From assembly GCA_029941565.1 (NCBI GenBank), contig JAPYRN010000004.1:119797-183796 (forward strand): DNA of 64,000 bases, given 5' to 3'. How positions within the stretch are numbered: the first letter of the stretch is position 1; each line of letters opens with the position of its first letter. The position numbers were made by a program, and so were the translations under genes. Of the stretch, positions 58,117-64,000 are shown in pieces. This DNA comes from Candidatus Latescibacterota bacterium. Lineage in GTDB: Bacteria; Latescibacterota; UBA2968; UBA8231. The notes below the pieces were generated by a model. It was not told where the DNA came from. It saw only the letters and a program-made list of their open reading frames with translations, and made no database searches.

Positions 58117-59499
58117 ATGACGACCGATGTTCTCCCGGAACAACTCGGCTGTAAACTGACGATCGAGAACCAGGTCGACAGCAGCACAATCGCCAGCATC
58201 GTCGGTGACGTGCTCGCTCACCTACCGGAACAGGCGGACACCGAGACTCGTGTGCTGGCACTCTATCACTGGGTGCGAGAAATCCTCTTCGTCTATCCCA
58301 GTTGCCCCGACGATCTCTGCGAACACTTCAACAATGCGCTGCGGCTCATCAACTGGTGGGGTTGTGGTCTCTGCGGCACGCAGAGCAAAGTTTTCGGGCT
58401 GCTCGTCGCTCATGCCCTGGGGCGTGAACACGTGCGACTCGTGGGCACCCACGAGAGGGAGGTCGGTGACTGGAAGATGCGGCAGCGTGGCTACCTGGCC
58501 TTCAAATGGTCGGGTCTGGCCAAGGACAACGACCCGGACACACCGGATGGGCACTCGACGCTCGAGATCTTCTGGGACGGCGCCTGGCATCTGCTCGACG
58601 TTATGGTCGGTTTCTATCGACGCCGGCAAGACGGCACCATCGCCTCGCTGCAGGACCTGCTCGACGATCCAGCCCTTGCCGCACAACCCGTCGGCGATCC
58701 GGAGGGGGACATGCCCTTCGGGGACGAACGGGAGATCTTCACCTCGACGAGCATCTCCTACAGTTCCGTCACCTTCAACAACTGGCCCGGGGAGGGTTTG
58801 CCCCTCACTCTGCGTCCCGGCGAGTCTTTCACCTGGCTGGCAAAACCTGTAGAGGGCGCTTACTACCTGCACGAGAAAATCCGTGAGCGTTTCGGCAGCC
58901 AGACTCTGGCTCCAGGTCCGCAGGGTCATCGCCCTGACCGTTCACCCCGTCGCTATGGCAGCGGTCGACACCGGTGGGTGACAACCCTGGAACCGACCAA
59001 AGACGATCCCTTCTGGTGCGCGGAGACTGGCGACTGGCACCTGCGGGTCGAGCTGCCCTATCCGATCCTCGCCATCGAGTGGTGCATGGAAAAGGGGGCT
59101 ACCGGTCTCCTGCTCCCCCACGCCGAGCAGGATGCCCGACTGCTGCCGATCCAGGCGGTTGGTAAACTGTCCACGTCGCCAGATCGCCCCCCGAGTCGCG
59201 CCTACCGAATCATCCTTCGCAGTCCCGGCCGGCAGCTGGCGACCGGCCCTCGACCGCTCGTCGTCGAGTTGACATCCATCGTGCAACTGAACCCACAGGT
59301 GGTGCCCCATCTGCAACGGGGCAGCAACCGCATCCGACTGCACGGTTCCCCCGGACAAGATCTGCAGGCCCGGTTTCGATATCGCGTTGACGATGCATGG
59401 CACGAGGCTGGCTGCCAGGGGGTGGGTGCACACGAACTGGTCGTCGACGGCGAAGCGGAATCACAACAACTGACACTAAGCAATGGAGAGCCATCATGA
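58117..59499 (+). CDS. transglutaminase-like superfamily protein
   Basis: Start at ATG 58117 with AAGGAG RBS. Putative Cys-His-Asp core WWGCGLCGTQSKVFGLLVAHALG ... GHSTLEIFWDGAWHLLDV. Confidence 0.55.
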   Translation: MTTDVLPEQLGCKLTIENQVDSSTIASIVGDVLAHLPEQADTETRVLALYHWVREILFVYPSCPDDLCEHFNNALRLINWWGCGLCGTQSKVFGLLVAHALGREHVRLVGTHEREVGDWKMRQRGYLAFKWSGLAKDNDPDTPDGHSTLEIFWDGAWHLLDVMVGFYRRRQDGTIASLQDLLDDPALAAQPVGDPEGDMPFGDEREIFTSTSISYSSVTFNNWPGEGLPLTLRPGESFTWLAKPVEGAYYLHEKIRERFGSQTLAPGPQGHRPDRSPRRYGSGRHRWVTTLEPTKDDPFWCAETGDWHLRVELPYPILAIEWCMEKGATGLLLPHAEQDARLLPIQAVGKLSTSPDRPPSRAYRIILRSPGRQLATGPRPLVVELTSIVQLNPQVVPHLQRGSNRIRLHGSPGQDLQARFRYRVDDAWHEAGCQGVGAHELVVDGEAESQQLTLSNGEPS

Positions 59500-61316
59500 C
59501 CGATGACGCCGCGCCCCCGGTCTGGGCAATTGGCGAGTCCTTCCGCGTCGATCCACTCACCGGTTTGGCGCGAGAGGAGCAGAGACTCGGCGGCAGTCCG
59601 TTGCCAGAAGATCTGCACTATCAGCGCCGCAGCCTGCTATGGGACGCAGAGGCGGGACGGATTTCGCTGCAGTCGGCGCGCAACGAAGTCGTCGCCTACC
59701 AGTTACAGATCGCCGGTCCAGCGCGTGACGTGTCGGTGGTTGTTGGCGACTTGACCGGTCCTGCCACGATTCGTGCGGTGCAGGACATCGAGGTGTTGAA
59801 AGAGTGGTATACGAATGTGACAGAGAACTCCACGAGCCAGGGTTCAACGACCGCCGCCTGGCACCACGGTACCGGCTGGTATCCCGACGCGCTGATCCCC
59901 GTGGACGCCCTCGACGGTGCCGGCCAGCCATTTGACATTCCGGACCGCGACAACGCAGTGCCAGAACAACTGTGGCAGGGCGTGTGGATCGATATCTATG
60001 TGCCCCGGGATGCGCCTGCCGGAAGCTATTCGGGCACTGTCACTGTCACAGGGCAGGATCTGCAGCAGTCCCTCAAGGTGGAATTGCAGGTGCACGATGT
60101 GACCTTGTCGGATGACTTCACCTGTGAGGTGGGGTTGAACAACTATGTGACGATCGGCAAGAAGGGCAGTGACCTGCGGCTGAAATATTACCAGATGGCG
60201 CATCGGCATCGCATGGCGATCCATGAACATTACATCCAGACCGAGACAACTGGAACCGGCGCCGATATGCGCGGTGTGTGGGATACCTACGATGCCGAGA
60301 TGGGCAAATATCTCACGGGTGAGGCCTTTACTGCCGAGCACGGCTACCGCGGACCGGGCGAGGGCAGACCACTGCGTTGGATCTACCTGCCCGTAGAGAT
60401 CCTTTCTGGCTTCGCCTGGCCCATGCCCCCGGAGAAGGTCAAGGATCCCGAATACGACGAAGCCGTGGTGGCGATGACGCGTGACTTTGCCGCCCACTTC
60501 AAGGCCAAGGGTTGGACGTCAACGGACATGATGTTCTTTGTCAATGGTCTCGATGAACCGACCAAGCTGGAACAGGTGGAGGACATCCGCTACTTCGGCG
60601 ATCTGTGCCAACGGGCGGCAGGCGAGCGGGTCCATTATCGTGCCGATCTCAACCACCTGCATGACATCGATCGCTACGACTTCGACTACACCGAACAGAA
60701 GCTGCTCGACAAACTCGGACCCGTCATCGACCTGTGGGTCTGTGTCGGCGACTTCAAACGAACGAACTTTTCCGTCCTATTGCCTCGTCGCCAGCCACCG
60801 GACAACGACGTGGTCTGGTTCTACCAGAATCGCGAGCCCTCCGTCGGTGGCTACACCCTCGACGACGAGACCATCGGCCTGCGCACGTGGCCGGTGATCA
60901 CCTGGAAGTACGGGCTGGATGGCTGTGTATTGTGGGAGCTCACCTTCGTCGGTGCATCGAAGGACATCTGGCGCGATCCGCGCAACAGCGTCGACAGAGA
61001 GCTGGTGCACAATCTGGCGGGCCAGTTGGCGTACCCGGCCCGCGACGGCATCGAGGAACCCGTCACCAGCATCCGCATGAAGAACTTCCGCCGCGGTGCG
61101 CAGGATTTCGAGTATCTGCGCATTCTCGAAGCGGTTGCCGGGCGCGCCGCTGCTGAGGCGATTCTCGATCCGCTGGTACCGAGTGCACTGCATCGTCCTG
61201 AGCGGGAGTATGGGGCCCAGGGCACATGGTCACACAATCCCGAAGACTGGCACCGCATGCGTCTCGATCTGCTGGCGGCGATCGAGGCGGCCAGCTTGAA
61301 CCACCGCGAGAACTAG
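59496..61316 (+). CDS. hypothetical protein, putative glycoside hydrolase (GH123/DUF4091-like)
   Basis: ATGA start/stop overlap with the upstream gene. 606 aa. Beta-sandwich N-half and barrel-like C-half with W/Y-rich motifs. Family call is tentative. Contains the segment duplicated at 14763-14834. Confidence 0.4.
   Translation: MTDDAAPPVWAIGESFRVDPLTGLAREEQRLGGSPLPEDLHYQRRSLLWDAEAGRISLQSARNEVVAYQLQIAGPARDVSVVVGDLTGPATIRAVQDIEVLKEWYTNVTENSTSQGSTTAAWHHGTGWYPDALIPVDALDGAGQPFDIPDRDNAVPEQLWQGVWIDIYVPRDAPAGSYSGTVTVTGQDLQQSLKVELQVHDVTLSDDFTCEVGLNNYVTIGKKGSDLRLKYYQMAHRHRMAIHEHYIQTETTGTGADMRGVWDTYDAEMGKYLTGEAFTAEHGYRGPGEGRPLRWIYLPVEILSGFAWPMPPEKVKDPEYDEAVVAMTRDFAAHFKAKGWTSTDMMFFVNGLDEPTKLEQVEDIRYFGDLCQRAAGERVHYRADLNHLHDIDRYDFDYTEQKLLDKLGPVIDLWVCVGDFKRTNFSVLLPRRQPPDNDVVWFYQNREPSVGGYTLDDETIGLRTWPVITWKYGLDGCVLWELTFVGASKDIWRDPRNSVDRELVHNLAGQLAYPARDGIEEPVTSIRMKNFRRGAQDFEYLRILEAVAGRAAAEAILDPLVPSALHRPEREYGAQGTWSHNPEDWHRMRLDLLAAIEAASLNHREN
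59688..59766 (+). repeat. parent copy of the 72-bp segment duplicated at 14757..14835
   Basis: See 14757..14835. Lies inside the coding sequence (EVVAYQLQIAGPARDVSVVVGDLTGPATI). Confidence 0.6.
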
Positions 61317-62344
61317 TCCAGCACGTCCTTCGCGTAGCCGAATAGAGCCGAGTAGCCACCGGTATGTAGAAAAACGACAGGGCCGTCGGCCTGGGTCAGT
61401 TTGCCCTCGCGAATGTGCTCGAAGAGGGCGGCCATCGCCTTGCCGGTGTACACCGGATCTAGCAGCAGGCCTTCGGTCCGCGCCGTCGTCCGGATCGCCT
61501 CGAGACAGGCGGGAGTGGGTACCCCATATCGTTCGCCCACGAAGCCGTCGTCGTTGTCGAAGTCATCCGGCCCCATGGTGGTGCCAAGCCCGATACGTCC
61601 GGCACCCTGATTGGCGATGCGCGCCATTTCCTGAAATCGCTCCGTCTGTTTCTCGAAGGGAGAAAATCCGCGTACGTGGATCCCACTTTCGAGGAAGGTC
61701 ATGCCCAAGCCAATCCCTGCCTGCGTGGTGTCGAGAGCGGCACAGTAGAGATATTTGGGTTCGATGCCGAGCACGCGGGACTGCTGCACGATCTCCAGGG
61801 CAGACTCGGCGTAGGCGAGGGCGTCGAGATCGACGGTGTCGTCGAGCCGCGGGTGGTAGACCTTGCGGCCCTGGGCGCGCAGATCATCGACGCGCTGACG
61901 GATCCGTTCGCCTTGCAGGTGCCGCTCCTCGTCGGGCAGAACTTCGACCTTGGCGCCAAACAGACGCATCAGCAGATGATTGCCCTGTACTTCCTTGTGG
62001 TCGATGGCGCGCACGGGGCGGAGGATGAGATGGAGCTCGAGACCGAGACGAGCACAGGCAGCCGACATCTGCCGACAATAGTTGGATTGCACGGCGGAAC
62101 CACAGACGATGACCTCGGCCCCCCTGGCTTGTGCATCGGCGAGAGAGAACTCCAGCATACGGGTCTTGTTGCCACCGAAGGCGAGCCCCGTCAGGTCGTC
62201 CCGCTTGATATAGATATCCGGTCCCCCCAGCAGAGCACTGAGTTTTTCCAGCCGTTCCAATGGTGTCGGGCGGATGGAGGCCAGTTGCACGCGTGGCAAC
62301 GTGGCCAGGGCGGTTTCGAGTTGTGCTTCAAGGTCGGGGGTCAT
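61313..62344 (-). CDS. PLP-dependent ACC deaminase / D-cysteine desulfhydrase family enzyme
   Basis: YIKRDDLTGLAFGGNKTRMLEF motif. Start set at ATG 62344 (2 nt after the upstream stop). The longer ORF from 62407 would overlap the upstream gene. Confidence 0.75.
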   Translation of the reverse strand: MTPDLEAQLETALATLPRVQLASIRPTPLERLEKLSALLGGPDIYIKRDDLTGLAFGGNKTRMLEFSLADAQARGAEVIVCGSAVQSNYCRQMSAACARLGLELHLILRPVRAIDHKEVQGNHLLMRLFGAKVEVLPDEERHLQGERIRQRVDDLRAQGRKVYHPRLDDTVDLDALAYAESALEIVQQSRVLGIEPKYLYCAALDTTQAGIGLGMTFLESGIHVRGFSPFEKQTERFQEMARIANQGAGRIGLGTTMGPDDFDNDDGFVGERYGVPTPACLEAIRTTARTEGLLLDPVYTGKAMAALFEHIREGKLTQADGPVVFLHTGGYSALFGYAKDVLD

Positions 62345-62346
62345 TG

Positions 62347-63459
62347 TCAGCGTCCTTTCGACCAGCCCTTGGCGGGCAGTTTCGACAGACGCGCCTGGCG
62401 GTGACATTCCTCCATCACCGCCATTTGCACGCGCACCTGCTGCGGTGTGATCTCGAGCTTTTCGCCATTGCGCAGCACGTTATACAAGCGGTCGTAGAAT
62501 TGTTTCGACATCCAGGTGAAAGCATCGCTCTGGGTCTTCGACGGAGCCCAGCTCTTCTCCGTAAGGGTCAGAGACTCGCGGCAGTAGGCCTGGTTGGGCA
62601 GTGGCTGGCGGATCAGCTTCTGCTTCGGCGTCTCTTTTGGGTTATAGTATTTCCACCGTAGTCCGGCGCCGCCGCCACTCAAGCCCCCCTGGGTCCCGTG
62701 CACGGTGATCATGTCACCGGGATAGGCATCGCAGCTGGAGATTTCCAGATCGACGACGGGGGCACCCTTCCTTTTGAGCACGACCTTGACGAAATCTTCC
62801 GCGTCCCCCCAGGTGTTGGCCCGGTCCATGGCACAGAAGACCTCGTCCGGCTTGCGAAATCCCTGTAGACAGACGGCCCAGTCGACGAAGTGCGGTCCCG
62901 TATTGAGCAGATTGCCACCCTTGAACTCCTGCAGCGTCTGCCAGTCCCAGCGCCGGGCAAAACCATTGGCGACGATGCGCACCTGGACGATGCGTCCCAG
63001 GACCCCTGAGTCGATGACGTCGAGGGTTTTGCGAAACAGCGCCCGATAACGGGACTGTTGAAATGGGGCCAATACCCGTCGCGCCTTTTTGGCGGCGGCG
63101 ATCATCGTGTTCAGTTGTGCCACGTTCCAGGCGGCGGGCTTTTCGGTGACGACATTGTGTCCCGCACCCAGTGCCTCGATCGTCACCGGCGGGTGCAGGT
63201 GGGAGGGCAGAGAATTGACGACGAGGTCGAGATCGTCCCGAGCCAGCAGGGCGCTGTGGTCGCGATACGTGTCGCAGCCGAAACGTTCTTCGGCGTGACG
63301 CCGCCGGTCGGCGAGCAGATCAGCGATGGCGACGATCTTGTATTTTCGGGGCGATGACTCGAACCAGCGGCTGTGGATGGACAGGCCACTACGGCCCTGA
63401 CCGAGGACGCCGACTCTTAATGGGCCGGTGGAGCGTTTGGATGTGCGGGATGCGGACAT
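62347..63459 (-). CDS. Gfo/Idh/MocA family oxidoreductase
   Basis: Start ATG 63459. Rossmann motif LRVGVLGQGRSGLSIH. C-terminal GFOR-type alpha/beta domain. Confidence 0.75.
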   Translation of the reverse strand: MSASRTSKRSTGPLRVGVLGQGRSGLSIHSRWFESSPRKYKIVAIADLLADRRRHAEERFGCDTYRDHSALLARDDLDLVVNSLPSHLHPPVTIEALGAGHNVVTEKPAAWNVAQLNTMIAAAKKARRVLAPFQQSRYRALFRKTLDVIDSGVLGRIVQVRIVANGFARRWDWQTLQEFKGGNLLNTGPHFVDWAVCLQGFRKPDEVFCAMDRANTWGDAEDFVKVVLKRKGAPVVDLEISSCDAYPGDMITVHGTQGGLSGGGAGLRWKYYNPKETPKQKLIRQPLPNQAYCRESLTLTEKSWAPSKTQSDAFTWMSKQFYDRLYNVLRNGEKLEITPQQVRVQMAVMEECHRQARLSKLPAKGWSKGR

Positions 63460-63559
63460 GGGACAGATGCTCCCCAGTAAGGAAGTGACATTCGATGACG
63501 GAAAGACTACGAAGGGGACACCCCGCAAGCCACCCACGTTGCCGGCACCGCCTTCGGTC

Positions 63560-63994
63560 CTACTTTATTGGTGGATGATCACCCACGTCGATGGTATTGC
63601 CGCCGCAGCTGTTGCCGGCCAACCCCAGCCTCTGTTTCCGAACCTGGATTCCGTCACTTCCTGGCGCCGCTTCGAACTGCTCGATCTGCCAGCAGCCGGT
63701 GTTTGTGTCACCGACGACGTCGGCGAGGAGGCAGGTTATCTGCTGTTGTCCGGTCAGGTCACTATAGAACAAGATCAAATGCAGGTCGAAGGGCACGCAC
63801 CGGCTGCCATCCGGTGCCTGGCGAATCGGCCGCATCGAGTCGTCGCCGGCCAGCTGGGGGCACGACTGTTGCGTATCGGCGTCGACACTGCAGGCGTGAA
63901 TGGAGGCGAATTGGCGATGGATGTCATGGCTCGTGATCGCTTGCCATGGCGGGATGCCATCCATGGCGGGGGTGGTCGCATCGGCACACGGCAT
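63560..63994 (-). CDS. hypothetical protein (possibly partial; upstream limit at window edge)
   Basis: 144-aa ORF with no recognised family. Overlapping plus-strand ORF 63568..63936 is equally plausible. Low confidence. Confidence 0.2.
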   Translation of the reverse strand: MPCADATTPAMDGIPPWQAITSHDIHRQFASIHACSVDADTQQSCPQLAGDDSMRPIRQAPDGSRCVPFDLHLILFYSDLTGQQQITCLLADVVGDTNTGCWQIEQFEAAPGSDGIQVRKQRLGLAGNSCGGNTIDVGDHPPIK

Positions 63995-64000
63995 CTGTTC

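Noticed and set aside
1-64000. tRNA, rRNA, CRISPR arrays, transposases/integrases, phage genes
   Set aside because: No T-loop-like GGTTCGAATCC motifs in intergenic regions and no direct-repeat/spacer arrays. No ORF with a DDE or tyrosine-recombinase signature was found. The window appears free of canonical mobile elements despite the gene fragments.

Overview
High-GC (~62%) bacterial window, probably from an uncultured FCB-group-like lineage, because six proteins carry T9SS C-terminal sorting domains. The left end is ordinary metabolism and efflux: gltB/gltD glutamate synthase, a SEC-C protein, an aldo/keto reductase, and a TetR-regulated TolC/MFP/RND efflux operon with a perfect palindromic operator. 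A short decayed junction region (14.3-15.1 kb) follows. The rest (15.7-55.6 kb) is an accessory, cell-surface-oriented region. It holds three T9SS type-A cargo proteins (one a pentaheme cytochrome c, one a PQQ-type sugar dehydrogenase with CBM modules). It holds three large T9SS type-B (CHU_C-like) cargo proteins, a GT-C/PMT-like membrane glycosyltransferase fused to TPR repeats, an 890-aa beta-barrel-like protein, a Cys-type sulfatase and a beta-helix protein. It also holds a duplicated module: a ~650-690-aa polytopic membrane protein of unknown family plus a SurA-like lipoprotein PPIase, present twice as clear paralogs. The right end encodes a secreted alpha/alpha-toroid-like protein, a transglutaminase-like protein, a putative GH123/DUF4091-like hydrolase, an ACC-deaminase-family PLP enzyme and a Gfo/Idh/MocA oxidoreductase. 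There are several gene fragments or pseudogenes: a BNR-repeat remnant, a multiply frameshifted beta-propeller gene, and a 72-bp divergent copy of an internal segment of the 59.5-kb gene. No tRNA, rRNA, CRISPR array, transposase or integrase was recognised. Most long antisense ORFs in the six-frame track are high-GC artefacts.
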